From positions 930,001 to 994,000 of the forward strand of contig CM052816.1 in assembly GCA_028534125.1 (NCBI GenBank): a DNA stretch of 64,000 nt. Direction: 5' to 3'. The notes under the pieces were generated by a model. It saw only the letters and a list, made by a program, of their open reading frames with translations, made no database searches and had not been told where the DNA came from. Of this stretch, positions 39,499 to 52,666 are shown one piece after another. Origin of the DNA: Lama glama. Taxonomy: Eukaryota. Both the position numbers and the translations under genes were made by a program. Numbering within the stretch: position 1 is the first letter of the stretch; every line of letters begins with the position of its first letter.

Positions 39499-39617
39499 TT
39501 TTATTTTTTAAAACTTATTTTTATTAATTTATTTTTTTAACGGAGATCCTTGGGATTGAACGCGGGACCTTGTGCGTGTTAAGCATGCGCTCTACCACTG
39601 AGCTGTACCCTCCCCCT
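39499..39617 (-). mobile_element. tRNA-derived SINE (Vic-1-like) with TSD
   Basis: GGATTGAACGCGGGACCTTGTGCGTGTTAAGCATGCGCTCTACCACTGAGCTGTACCC; flanks GAGATACAAAATTTTA / GAGATGTAAAATTTTA. Confidence 0.9.
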
Positions 39618-40484
39618 GAGATGTAAAATTTTAAGGTAGATAAATGTGCTAATCATTTATTTTATAGCTTCTGGGGTCTGTTTCATGTTTTGAGTATAAA
39701 TATGATTTTCAACAATAGACACATGATACAAATATTTCTAGTATCTGCTGATAATTCTATAGGATTTGTTTCATGGATATTCATCAGGAGTGTGTATATG
39801 TATGTGTGGTGGGGGAATGTAAGGTTTCCAAAGGAAAGTAAATGTCATACCACTTGTTAGAAAAACTGCAGTTTCTCCTGCGATGGAAGCGGCATCTTTA
39901 TTACTTGCAACGTTTCCATGCATGTTGCGTCTGTTGCCAGAGCCTCTGTTCTGTTCACCTACTTATTCCTTCCCACATCAGAAACACACTGTTTCAGTGA
40001 CATTGTAAGATTTGACGGGCATCTCACTTCTGGTTATGCTTCCTTTTCTAATGGTCCAGAGGTACGTTTGCTTTTCCACTCAAACTCCAGAATCTTCTCT
40101 ATTTTTCAAAATAAACATCATGGGATTTGTGTTGGAGTAACTGACATCTTTATGTCAATCTCTCACCCAAGAATATAGTCCACTTTTTGTCCTTCAGTAT
40201 AGTCTTTCAGTTTTCGCCTTCAGGCACATTGATGGTTAAGATTTTTTTCTCCTAGGTCTTATTTCATAGATTGGCTATCATGAAAGAAACTTTAAAGTGT
40301 TCTTATTCTTTATTGCTAGTGTATGGGGAATAAATCGTTGTCTTCTTGTTTATATCTGGCACATAATTGGCCTTCAAGCTCTCTTCTCAGTTCAAGTAAT
40401 TTTCCAGTTGGTTCTCTTGGGTTTCTAGGTAGACAGCTTTATCATCTGCAAGAAATAAATTCTATTTCAATATTTATGCTTTAC

Positions 40485-41235
40485 ATTGGTGACGATGTGG
40501 AAGAAAGGGAACCCTTGCACACCGTTGGTGGGAATGTAAACTGGTGCAGCCACTATGGAAAACAGTATGGAAGTTCCTCAAAAAGTGAAAAATAGAACTA
40601 CCATATGATCCAGTAATTCCATCCCTGGCTATTTATCCGAAGGAAACAAAACACTAACCTGAAAAGATACATGCACCCTCATGTTCACAGGATTATTTAC
40701 AACAGCCAAGACATGGAAGCCACCTAAATGTCTATCAATGGATGAAAGGATAAAGAAAAAATATATATACCGCCATTTGTGAGAACATGGATCGGCCTGG
40801 AGAACATTATGCTAAGTGAAATAAGTCAGACAAATGCCATATGATCTCACTTACATGTGGAGGTGAAAAAAAAATCATAGATACAGAGAACAGGTTGGTG
40901 GTTACAAGAAGCAGGGGTTGGGGTGTGTGTGAAATGGGTGAAGATAGTCAAAGGTACAGACTTCCAGTTATAAAATAAATAAGTCTGGGGATGTATGTAT
41001 AACATAGTGACTATAATGAATAATACTATATTGCATGGTTGAAAGTTGCTAAGAGAATAGAGTTTAAAAGTTATCATCACAAGGAAAAAAATTGTAACTA
41101 CATGTGGTAGTGGATGTTAACTAGACTTATTGTGGTGATCATTTCACATTATATATAAATATCAAACTATTATGTTGACCACCTGAAACTAATATCATGT
41201 TGTATGTCAATTATGCCTCAATAAAATAAAATAAG
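40485..41235 (+). mobile_element. L1 (L1MA-like) ORF2 end and 3' UTR
   Basis: GATGTGGAAGAAAGGGAACCCTTGCACACCGTTGGTGGGAATGTAAACTGGTGCAGCCACTATGGAAAACAG...CTCAATAAAATAAAA. Confidence 0.9.
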
Positions 41236-41801
41236 AAAATCAAAGTATAAAAATACATGCTTTAAAATCATATTTATATTCAAAACATGAAACAGACCCC
41301 AGAAACTATAAATTATTGACATATTTATTTACGTTAAAATTTTACATCTAAGATGAAAGGTACCACAAATAAATAAAGTTAGACCACAAATAATGGGTAA
41401 AATACCTACCACAAGATAAAATCTTTTTTGATAAAGGAACTTAATTGTCACAATCAGTGTGATTCCTGATTTGCTTTGAGTTTTTTTTTGTCCTCTTATT
41501 TTACGTTCCTATGGAACATGCTTTCTTCGTGTTTCTTTTCTTTCCTGACTGGGTGGACCATAGAATTTTCTTTCTTTGTGCCCCCTCTAGTGGTTTGAAA
41601 GTTCTGTAACCTATTTCTATGTAATTACTCTTAAAAATGTACGAACCTGTATTTTTTTTTTCCCCTCAATGTTTAGATGTGCTGGTCACTTCTGAATAGG
41701 ACAAAAAATTATGCGTGCTATTACATCTGTACCTTTCTTTATCCCCCTCCAAACTTCCAGATTTGGTTGAAATCATCTGCAAGCACTGTTTCAGATGCTT
41801 A

Positions 41802-41891
41802 TTTTTTTTTTACATTTTTTATTGATTCATAATCATTTTACAGTGTTGTGTCAAATTCCAGTGTTCAGCACAATTTTTCAGTCATTCATGG
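41802..41891 (-). mobile_element. ~90-bp L1 3'-end insertion with 11-bp TSD
   Basis: TCAGATGCTTA at 41791-41801 and 41892-41902 flanking polyT + TTATTGATTCATAATCATTTTACAGTGTTGTGTCAAATTCCAG. Confidence 0.85.
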
Positions 41892-42197
41892 TCAGATGCT
41901 TAATTTTAAATACCGTTTTTTTCCTTCTTCTATTTTAGGTAATATTTTCTAACAATTACATTAAAAATCATGGTTACATCAGCAGTATAGTAGCAATTGG
42001 TACTTTGGGCATTTTTGTTGACCGTAACTGTTTTTGTGTTGAAGTCTCATCTTCTTTATCTTTCCTTGGGTCCGTTTTGCTTGAAATATCCTGCAGTATT
42101 TTATTTCCATAAATGTACTTCAGTAGTATCATTTCTCTGATTCCTGTCATTTCTGAAAAGCCTCTTTCACTTTCTTAGTTAAAAGATGACTGTTCAA

Positions 42198-42640
42198 CTT
42201 AACTATAAAACAGAAACAGACTCACAGACATAGAATACAGACTTGTGGTTGCCAGAGGGGAGGTGGGTGCAAAGGGACAGACTGGGAGTTCGTGATTTGT
42301 AGATACTGACAGGTATCTATAGAATAGATGAACAACTTTATACTGTATAGCACAGGGAAATATATTCAACGTCTTGTAGTAGCTCATGGTGAAAAAGAAT
42401 ATGAAAATGAATATATGTATGTTCATGTATGACTGAAAAATTGTGCTGTCCACCAGAAATTGACACAACATTGTAAAGTGACTATAACTCAATAAAAAAA
42501 GATGATTGTTCAAAAAGAGTATGAAAATGAATATATGTATGTATATGTATGACTGAAACATTACGCTGTACATCAAAAATTGACATATTGTAACTGACTG
42601 TACTTCAATCAAAAAAAGAGAGAAAAATGAGAAAAAAAAG
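42198..42640 (+). mobile_element. Two tandem L1 3' UTR fragments
   Basis: Two successive tails, GACTATAACTCAATAAAAAAA (~42500) and GTACTTCAATCAAAAAAA (~42615). Confidence 0.8.
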
Positions 42641-43929
42641 TAGATGTGTGTATGGGAGGAAATGAAACTGTAATAGTCACATGGGAAGAGGGGTGAGGAG
42701 GTAGAGGGTGGTGTAAATGACTTAATCCTGATCCCTTTGAGCAGAGAATCCATAGACAGGGACTGGTGATATAAACACATAATTTAGACAGCAGGAAGTC
42801 TGTAATAACAGAAAAGCCAAACCCAAAAGCCACAAGGTTCTCCCTCTGGCAACAAGACTGAGATGGCTAGAGACTGGATGAAGAAAGAAGGGAGGTTAAA
42901 GGGCTGTTTTTTTTTTTAAATTATTATTTTTGTCCAGTTTTACTCCTTAAACATGATCCTGCATTACTTTGATAAGATGAAGTTATAAAAAATACAAAGG
43001 AGCTTCTTAGTCCCGACCAGATTTGGGATGTGAAGTCAGGTTTTATGTGTGAATAATAAATATTGGTTGGTTTCTTGGCCATATAAAGAGAGAATGAAAC
43101 ACACAGGAACTCATGAAATCAATCTCTCCCCTCCCCCACCCCACCTCTCTTCTGTCTTACACACACACACACACACACCCCTCTATGTGTGAGGAGTTTG
43201 GTGACCTGCGGGTGTGTAGCCAGGCTTCCCCTTGGCTGTCTCTGTCCTTTCTTCCCCGGAGGTGATTTTTTGACACCTCCTTCCAAAATGTCCCCTGGAC
43301 TATTTGGTTTCTAGACAACAGCTCCTTAACCCAGCCCAGTCCCATACCCCTTATGACCGTCCTCTCTCAGTTCTTGGCTTTGTATTTCTTACTCTCTTTG
43401 GGACACACAGAGAACCAGCGCTCATCTCTGCCACTCACCGACGGCTCCGAAGCCCTCTGCTCCCTTTGGCCCCTGGACTCAGCCCACCCTCCCAAACTAG
43501 CTCTGCTTCCTCTCCTGAGCTCCTTGGGAAGCGTGTCTCCTTCCCTAGGCACAGTGGGCAAGTTTAGCTCCGGATTTAGGCCATACAGCCTGATCCCAAT
43601 CACTGTCCTCAGGTGGGAAAGCTCAGAAGGCTGCCCCAGGAGGCAGGTCCCGAGAGTCTCCATTAGCCCAGGTCTGCAGTGGCTTGACCCTGAAATGGTC
43701 CTGCGTTTCAGTAACATCCCCTGGAGCCTGTAGTCCTATCCATGGCTCCTTTGTTTTGTTATTTTCATACTTCTTATTAAAAGCATATGGTGGTTGGAAT
43801 CTGGGGGGGGTTGTTCATTAAAATTCATTTTCCTAATCTGACCACCATATTACATTAATGTTAATTTTTTTCACTGATTCATATGAGGTTTTGACAGACT
43901 CCTTGATCAGACTTAAATTTTTCTGCTCC

Positions 43930-44097
43930 CTATTCTTTTTTTTTGAAATTTTAAAATTTTGTATTATTATTTTTTGTTTGGTTGGATTTTTTTGGAGGTG
44001 GGGAGGTAATTCGGTTTTTAAAGATGGAGGTACTGGGGATTGAGACCAGGACTTTGTGCACGCTAAGCGTGGACTCTGCCACTGAGCTATACCCTCC
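43930..44097 (-). mobile_element. tRNA-derived SINE (Vic-1-like)
   Basis: GGAGGTAATTCGG...GGAGGTACTGGGGATTGAGACCAGGACTTTGTGCACGCTAAGCG...CACTGAGCTATACCC. Confidence 0.88.
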
Positions 44098-46710
44098 TTC
44101 CTGAAGTCCCCTCTTTTCAAACTTCTTGCAGCTTATGTGCTTTGCCCCAATGGCATTTATTCTGTTCACATCCCTTCTTGTGGACATGACTTTACTAAGG
44201 ATAATTTGGAATTTCTTCATATCTCCCCAAACTATCTCATTTGAGATGTATCCTTTCCCATCGCCTCTGCTCTTCTCTCCTTTTACCACCTTCAATCTTC
44301 CCTTCAGCTCCCCTAAATTTTTTGATATGTTTCTCCTCAAACCCCTACCTCCTGTATCTGTCTGTTCATCCACTGGACCCAGGCTTCCCACTCCAGCCTC
44401 GGACTTCCCTGGGGTTGCTCAAACTTTAGGCCCCCTGCCCCTGCCTCAGAGGCCCTCAAGGGCCCCAAGGACCCCAGAAGCATCACCCGAGGCTGGAAAT
44501 GAGAAAAGAACTAATTGGAAGTGAGGATTTCATCCACTCATGCAGAACCTGGAGATACCCAGTCAGTGCTTTCTAGTCTCCTCAGCCCCTCACCCCAAAT
44601 TTAGCCCACAGCCTCTATGAGATTACCTTGGGCAGGCCTCCTAGAAAAAAATCACAGTGGAAAGGTTCAACTCCTACGTTATACAAACAGGAAACTCAGC
44701 CACACAGGTACAGCCTCAAGTCTGTGCAGAAAGATGCAAAACAGCATAATATCCATTTCTTGAGCCGTAGGAAGATTACTGTACCAGAAATGCTTGTGAC
44801 TCCTACTCTTTAGCAACTGAATGATCTTTTGTACTTCTGAAGCTCGGAGGCTGAACACAGATGAAATCAGTTCTTGCACACGGCGCTGCTGTCAATACAG
44901 AATCAGGGTTAGCTGTTGAAATTTCTTGGCAAAGCTAACTTCCTTCTGGTTCTTGCCTAAGGCCGTGACTGAGGAGTCCTTCCCCATTGAGGTCATTATC
45001 CTGTGTCTTCTCACCGGCAAGAACTCCTGACCCCTCTCCCCTCCCCCATAAACACAGAAGAAAAGGATGAGAGTAGGGGAGGGAAGAAGAAAAGACAGTC
45101 TAGTCTCTGAAGTTTTTCTCAGGTTGGAATAGAGGGGCTGGTCTGCATCTAAGCCCAATGGGCTTCTCCTCTTAGCTCCAAGTGGCTCCGGCCATCCTTT
45201 AAACTCAGCCGTTACTTGGGACACAATGGTTTTGAAGTCCATGGAGGTGCTAGGTAGCCTCTTAATTTGAACACTGGACAGACTGTCACAGTGATCTGCG
45301 TTCTCTCAGCTGGGCTTGTCATGCACAAACACCAACATCTGACCAAATTTCTCATTCCTCACCTTGTTTTTTTTTTCTTTCTTTTACAACTTTCTTGAGG
45401 TATAATTAACATACATTTAACGAGTACAGTTTGATACGATTGGATATATGTATTCACCTATAAACCATCACCTTAACCAAGATATAGAACATTTCCATCA
45501 CTCTAAAAGTTTCCTAGTGCCCTTTGGAATTATTCCCTTCTTCTCCACTCCCATCTCCAGGCAACCATGGATCTGCGTATGGTCACTATAGTTTAGTTTG
45601 AGTTTTCTAGCTTCATACATTTCTCATTCCCCACCCTTGGTGTCTGATTGTCCTGGCCTGCCTTAGCAGGAATCCTGTTAGGTGTGATTCTTTAACCAGA
45701 ACCTTCTATCCCTGATGTTTCTTCTCAGGAATTTCCCATCGCTGACCCTGACCCTGCTCCCTGGCTTATAAATCTCCATCTGCTCATCCTGTATTTGACA
45801 AGGAACCTAGTTCTATACTGAGGTCTCTTTTTCTGTATTGCAATAGTTCCTGAATAAAATCTGTCTTTACCACCTTAGAAATCAAATCAAATCAAATCAA
45901 ATCTGTGTTCGCTACTTTTAGTGTCTATTTTTATTTTTGTTTCTCGTTCATGGGTTTAATCCTTATTTACTTTGGACGGCACAGGATGACATCGTGCGGT
46001 TTAGAGAAGCTGAGGATAATTGTCCTAATGTTTGAAGCCACAGGGATTTTTAAAAGCCTTTTGTTCAATTATGAACTGATGTGGGCTAACACTAGTTGAA
46101 TCTCTGAAACTGTGTTTAACATATATTATTTCAATTGTCATATAAAATGAACTGCAACCCAGCTGACACTTCTTTTTTTAAATTAAATCTTTCATTTTGA
46201 AATAATTATAGATTTAAGCTGCCACCTTCCCTAGTTTTGACACAGTGGTCTTGTGCAGGAGATGAACCTCGTCAATCAGCCTACTCCATGCTCTTGGTTG
46301 TGTCTCAAATCTTTTTTTTAACGGCCCCAGTAGTTGTGGATGTGTGGATATCCATCAGTGTCCCAAGTGGGAGGTTCACAGTTGACACCCAGATGCAGGC
46401 CTGTTGGACACTAGACCCTCAGGCAGTATCTGGGAATGTAAAATGCTATGTCCTTCTAAGGCAGAAATCAAGAGGTAGACTTTTTACTTGCTCCTTCTGT
46501 GTGAGCTGAGGATGTATAACCATGGCGATGGGTGCTCTGGAGCTCATTAGGAATTTCTTTTTGACCACAGTCCTGTGGGACTCTTGAATGCATGCCCTGT
46601 TGTCTATCAGAGCCAGATGATCCAGGGGCCCTTCCCTCAGGCAGCAACTGCCAAAAAAAAAGAAATAAAATAAAATAAAAATCGGGCAGCAGACATATAT
46701 AAGCAACGTC

Positions 46711-47385
46711 TGATATAGGAAAAATGTGGTGCATGTAGCCATGTCCCAGGTCTCAGGCAAGCCCCTGGGACGTGCCTCACCAAGTGAGGGTCCTTGGCTT
46801 CTCACAGGAAAGAATTCAAGTGAGAGCCATAGTAGAGCAAAGGTAGATTTATTCAGAGACATACATACTCCATGGACAAAATGCAGGCTGTCTAAGGCCA
46901 GAGAGGTCACGAGGCGTTGGGCAGGAGGGTGGAGGGGGTGGGGGTCGGGGGTGGTTAAAGTAAGGTAAAGTAGATACACAGTCTATAGACAGAATGCAGT
47001 CCATCTCACTCAGAAGGGAGAGTGGTGGCCTCAGAGAGTGGCATCGGCTAGGAAAAATGAGACCGACCACAGGATATGGGGGTTGTTAGTCTTTATGGGT
47101 TCGGTAACCTCATATGCTAACAAGTGGGAGGATTATTTCAACTGCTTTGGGGAAGGGGGGCTGGGATTCCCAGGAACTGGTCTACCACCCACTTTTTGAC
47201 CTTTTATGGTCAGCCTTGAAACTGTCGCGGTGCCTGTGGGAGTGCCATTTAGCATGCTGTTGTACACCAATGAGCATAGATTGAAGCTCAAGGTCTACTG
47301 GGAGTTGACTCTTGCCACCATCTTGGTGCTAATGGCTGTGTCATTCTTTTAATGGTTGTACCCTGCCCTTTTCCCGCCTGACTCA
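46711..47385 (-). mobile_element. ERV1 solo LTR (same family as 11961-12506 and 35869-36480)
   Basis: TG...CA termini, flanks CGTC/CTTC, shared CAGGAAAGAATTCAAG...AGATTTATTCAG. Confidence 0.85.
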
Positions 47386-47399
47386 CTTCCCCGGAGATA

Positions 47400-48930
47400 C
47401 TGGTGACTTGGGATGGGCTAGAGAAAGAGGGCAATGGGGATGTTCCCATACCTCCCTTGTCTCTATGGAGGATGGCTGTCCACACTTAGATGCCAGCTTA
47501 AATAGAAGCCTGGCCCTCAGGCAGCACATTTGGAAGTATGCAAATAGACCCCTTTAAGGGAAAACTGGGAAGATGGGACTTTCTGCTCCCTCTACCCTGA
47601 GCCGTGGGGAGATTGCCAGTTAAGAACTGCTTCTTTGTTTGCTATAGTCTGTGGAACTCCTGAATGGAAGCCCTGTTGGCTATCAGAGCCATGTGACCTG
47701 GGGAGATGTCCCTTGGGCCTCAGCCACAAAAGCTGAGACATACACATTTGTAGAAGCTCCTTTCAGTGAGACAGACAATGGTTATTTGAGGTAGGCTGGA
47801 GGGAGAGGGTAGTGGGGAGTGTCTACAGGCTTCCCTGGTCTCTGAGGAGGATTGCACCAGCCGTTTGGATGTGTGCTAAATTGGAAGCCTGATCCTCTGC
47901 TAGTAGCTTTTAAAGCATGCAAATAGACTCCATTCAGGAGAACACTGGGAGATGGGCATTTTTTTTTTGCCTGCTCTGTCAGCACAGAACACTGTTGTCA
48001 CAGTGAGTGCACACTCCCATTATTAACTGGTCTTTGTTTGCTACAGTTTGTGGGTCTTGTGGACACACACTCCACGGCTTGCAGAGGGAGGTGTTTTCGA
48101 GGTCCATCCCACTGGTGGGAGTCTTAAAATTTGGAGATGCTAGATATGGAGTCCAAACCCTTCATTCCTCAGGCAGAAGCTGGGAACTGGGGATTCCCTC
48201 TGAGGTTTTAGCACTGTGCTGAGGGTGGGGTTTAGGGCAAGAGTGTGTCTCAGCCTTTCCTACCTGTTTCCATGTGGATGTCTTCTCCTTTGTCCCATGT
48301 ATGGGAGTCACTCAGCCAGTTTCGAGATTTCATTCAGAGGAAATTGCTTCATATATATCTATTTATTTGGTGTGTGCTGTGGGACAAGGCAGGCCAGTAC
48401 TGCGGGTGGTAAAAGAATTTACCAGAGACAAAGCAAAGTGAAAGAAAAAGTTTATTGGGGGTACGCTCCACAGACAGCAAGCAGTAAGTCACACACATGA
48501 GAGGTGACTGTGCATGCTCCAATGGTGAAAGCTTATGGTCTTTTATAACAGGGAGGACTTGGCGAACACAATGGGTTGGGGGCTGTGTGATCAACTTGTG
48601 CACAAGTTTCTTATTTATTGTAGGTGAGGTAATAAAGTTAGGGTCCATAAAGGGGCAGTGGGATTTACGACTCTGATAAGGAGGAGACATGGGCTGAGAC
48701 AAGTCAGCCTGAGTTGTTGTGAGATTAGGCATTACCTAGGGCTATTAATTCTGCTAGGACAAACACATCCCAGAAAAGAACACACTTTATCTTTTGAGGG
48801 ATTGCAGGTGGACATCTGGGACCCAGGAATGGGGATCGTTGGACTTTGAGGGGTGCCAGTTGGCCCCACAGTGTGTTTATGAGAGGTGGGAGTTTAGAAG
48901 CTTCCTATGACACCATCTTTAAAGATCACC
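47400..48930 (-). mobile_element. Old L1 5'-region remnant, interrupted by the LTR at 48378-48870
   Basis: Two imperfect internal copies of CTTTGTTTGCTA(T/C)AGT..GTGG (~47633 and ~48032), as in old L1 5' ends; family call by recognition only. Confidence 0.5.
48378..48870 (-). mobile_element. ERV solo LTR
   Basis: TGTGGG...CCCACA inverted termini, flanks GTGC/GTGT, TTTATT at ~48451. Confidence 0.75.
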
Positions 48931-49755
48931 TCTGGCATTTTACTCTTTTGGTGCCTATGGTTTCATTCATTGGGCTATTAGAACAGCCAAATCCAAACAT
49001 TGCCAACATAAAATACTAGTGATCATGCAGCTCTGTATAAATCTTAGTCCATGTGAATTTTATTTTTGCACGTAAAATGAAGTACAAGATCAATTTCACT
49101 TTTTTTCTAAATGGATAAAATACTTTTAATTAATTTTAGTTAATTTTTAATTAATATACTCCCCACCAGTTTCCAGCACCAGTGTGCTATCAAACCTTTG
49201 GATCTTTGCCATTCTGTTAAGAGAAAAATGGCATCTCTGTTCAGTTTGGGTTTGCATTTTTATTATGAATCATTTGTGTGTATGTACATACATACATTTC
49301 TATGAACCCATTTTTCCATTGGGCTTTTGGTCTTTATCAGTTTTGGAGGTGCTCTTTGTGTATCAGGGAAATTTACCCTTTGTGATGTGATACGTGAATG
49401 CTTTTCCCAGTTAGCAATTTGATTTTTCACTTTTCTTACAGCAGTTTTACCACATACATTTTATTTTTGTGTATTTAAATTGATTACTCCTCATTTTTAT
49501 GGTTTCTGGATTTTGTGTTAAAACAAACAAACAAAACCTTCCCTATTCCAATATGATCAAAGAAATGTCCTGTGTTTTCTTTTTCCCAATACTTTGATGA
49601 GGTGGTAGCAGCGGTTAGCGTGGGCTAAAAGTTTATATTTGTCTTTGATGTATCTGGAGTTTATCCTGATATAGGAGCAGAGGTTTGAAACCAACTTGTT
49701 TTTTTCTACTGCTTGATAATTGTCCCTGTATCATCTTTTCCCTACTGATTTGAAG

Positions 49756-49843
49756 TGCAGGAGTTGTGCTTTTGAAGAGATTCCTTCCTTTTGTCCTAGG
49801 GCACACATGAGTTAGCCATCACAGCCGTCTTGATTGATTATAA
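49756..49843 (+). repeat. 88-bp direct repeat, copy 1 (copy 2 at 52579-52666)
   Basis: Ungapped alignment by eye, 8 mismatches in 88 nt. Confidence 0.95.
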
Positions 49844-49899
49844 CATTCATCAGATACTAAATACCCGTGACTTTAGATCTCTCCCTGAACGTAAGGTCC

Positions 49900-50490
49900 T
49901 AAGAAAACTGGAACCTTCGCGGGGAGCTTCGCTGGCACGCCCCCAGAGCGCGCCACGACGAGCACTCAAACAGCGAACGAACAACCCTTCACCGGCGCCT
50001 ACGGCCTCGCAGCGCCCCACGGGTCACGTGCCCGCACGGGGCCATACCATCGAGTCAGTCCTCCAGCGTCCCAGAGAGGACTCGGAAGTGCCCCGGAGCC
50101 GGCTTCGGTTTTTCCGGCCGGGCCGTCCGCGCTTTTGTCCCGCCGGCGGCCGGGCTCCCGCGGCGCCGCCACAGCCAGTACGTGAGTCCGAGGCCGCCCG
50201 CGCTCCCGTACCCGGCCCTAGCCCGCCACGCCCTTTCCTTCTAGGCCGGGTCCTGGCTCCCCCTCGGGTCTCGGGCGGGATCTGGGAGGAAGTGTGCCCC
50301 GCTCCCCGTACACACCTCAGCGCGTTCCCGGGTAGTGGAAGGGAGGGAAGACCTCCGGCCGGCCGAGGGGTGTAGGGCGCGCCCCGGGATCGTATTGGGC
50401 CCCGAGATCTCCCGCTGTCCGAGGGGCCAGGGCCTGGCTGGGGCTGCCCGGTGTCTGGAGAAGGGCTAGGGCCCCGCCCCCGTGTTTCTC
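49900..50490 (+). promoter_or_regulatory. ZFP62: CpG-island promoter of ZFP62
   Basis: Dense CpG/GC; E-box GTCACGTG (50023-50030); ETS site CGGAAGTG (50083-50090). Confidence 0.85.
50095..50177 (+). other. ZFP62: ZFP62 exon 1 (5' UTR; its last base is the A of the ATG); 5' boundary approximate
   Basis: GCCGCCACAGCCA|GTACGT donor at 50178; joined to the acceptor at 58748 it gives GCCA-TG-TCA-CAT-TTG-AAG = MSHLK, the recalled ZFP62 N-terminus. Confidence 0.8.
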
Positions 50491-52578
50491 AACTACTCGC
50501 TGCTGTCTCGGGCAGGAGGGGAACCCTGAAAATGAGCGCTTTTAACTGAGCCACCATTTGTGCCCCCGTTGCGGTTAAGTTTGGCCCTGATATTTGAGAG
50601 TGAATACGAGAGTTGGGGGGGTCCCTGAGGGGTGATCTGATTCGCCCCCTCCCCCCACTTTTTTCTTTGATGGGGGAATGATGTTGAGAGACTCCTGCCT
50701 CAGGTGTGGATCGAGCCACCGGGAGGGGCTTTCCAGCCTTCGCCCTAGGGGAGCTCACGTGTTATACAGACCGGGGATCCGGAGCGCTGGCTCTACAAGA
50801 TGATCAGGAATTGACTAGGTAGGGAGAAGGTCGAGAGGCTCCTAGACCTGGGGACAGCCTGCGGGAACCCAGGCTTGAGGATGTGAAAGATGGCTGGGGC
50901 TGGGTGTGCTCCTCTAAGACGTTTGGAGTAGGTGGCCGCCAGGAGTGTTTACTTTTTGAAAGCACGAGGATTTTTTTAAAATAAATTTTTGAGTATGTAA
51001 TGTATTCATTCTTATGATTCAGATCTTAAAAATATGAAAAGCTGTCAGTGAAAAGGTTTTCTTCTGCCCATATTCCTAGGCCCAACCCCTCAGATCACCA
51101 ACCACATTTGTTAGTTTATTTGAATGTATGCTTCCAGAATTCCTTTGTGCAAACACTGGCAAATAGGAATGTTAGTGCCCCCTTTTTTCACATAGGTGGT
51201 AGGGTACTGTTCAAAGCTCTGCCGCTTGCTTCTTTTGCTTAATCTGTGTTAGAGATCATCAGAACACTAAGCGCTTTTTTTTTTTCTTTGCTGCTGCTGC
51301 TTTTTTAAAATATACTGCTGTGGTATTGGATTGAGCACTGTTGGATGTTTCATAATTTTTGGATCTATTCAGGGCATTTGGGTTGTTTCCATTTTTTTGT
51401 TACTTTAAACAATGATGTACGCAATGATGTGGTACTAGGGCATATCTGAGCAGGGTTTTTTAAAAGAAAGGATTAACCGTCATAAAAAAGTTGTTTTATG
51501 TTAACTCAGCCAGGTATTGCTACATTGTCAAATATGCCAAGTCATTATTATAATAACTCATATAGTGTTTAGAGAACAAATTAAACCAAGTAGCTTTTCT
51601 CTCCTGAGACTTGTGTTTATGATACTTAGCTTTACAGCAGCCTAATAAACTAGTTCTATTAATGATTCTCCTCAAGCCAATCTTTGCCCCTTTAGCTTCA
51701 GAAAAATCTCTCAGCCTCCCTTTCAGAATCTCCTTTGTTTACTTTATTCCTTAGGGTGACTAGAAATCTCTTCTCTACTACCAGGTATGAGAATGTTCTA
51801 TTTCATTTTTTATTTTAAGGAAAAATCACTCACCTTTAATCATAAGGATTAATCAATAGAACCAACTTATGTTAACCATTTGCAATTCTGATACTCATAA
51901 ACTAATTTAGTAATAACTAAAGCACAAACCATACTCTCTCTCTTGCCATCTGCATGTCACTTCTGTCACTCCTTAGTCCCATCTTTCATTTGTCCCATCC
52001 TCCCACTTCTTTCTTCTGAGTTGGTAAGGATTTTGTGTTCACATTTCCTCTTGTGTTCTCTTTTTCTTTCTTTGGGCACCTCCAAGTCCAGTATGATATC
52101 AAGAACTTAAGGCACAGAACCCAGATGGTAGACTGACTTGTGGAATATGGTCAGTACTCTGGAAATCCATAGTAGCTGCAGGCATGTTGCACCTGTTGCT
52201 TGTTGAAGTCTCTTGTTAAGGCAGGAATTTTCAGCCAGAGTGAGCCATAATTCCTCTTCTATGAGTTGTCTAATCTCTTGAGAAGTGGCTCCTGACTCCT
52301 GGGTAGGAACAGTAAGCGTTAAGGGCAGGTTCTTACTATCTCCCTGGGCTTTTCTAGACATTGGTGGTAGAATGTGAACAACCAGCATAGAGGTGCCCAG
52401 AGTTTCTGGGTCATGTGTAATTTGGAAGGAGTGGATGGTTATCTATGGCTGAAATTTTTAACTGATGTAACCATGCTTTTGGGTCATGCTTGCTTCCTGT
52501 TGAGAACTGGTTAAAGAGGAGTTTCCCCATCAACGTTGAGAACTTTTGAGAAATTAAACCCATCTGGCCCTCTCTCTA

Positions 52579-52666
52579 TGCAGGAGTTGTGCTTTTGGAG
52601 TGATTCCTTCCTTTTGTCCTAGGGCATACACGAGTTAGCCATCACATCTGTCTTGATGGGTTATAA
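52579..52666 (+). repeat. 88-bp direct repeat, copy 2 (copy 1 at 49756-49843)
   Basis: TGCAGGAGTTGTGCTTTTG...CCTTCCTTTTGTCCTAGGGCA...GAGTTAGCCATCACA...TTATAA. Confidence 0.95.

Noticed and set aside
43951..44391. 146-aa ORF with an EF-hand-like GDGKGYIS
   Set aside because: Lacks the flanking helices and required acidic residues, and runs into a SINE
49830..50375. 181-aa Pro/Arg-rich ORF
   Set aside because: CpG-island composition effect; crosses the ZFP62 promoter and donor; non-ATG start
52107..52388. 93-aa antisense ORF beside repeat copy 2 as a pseudogene or transposase relic
   Set aside because: No family recognisable by eye; needs a translated search
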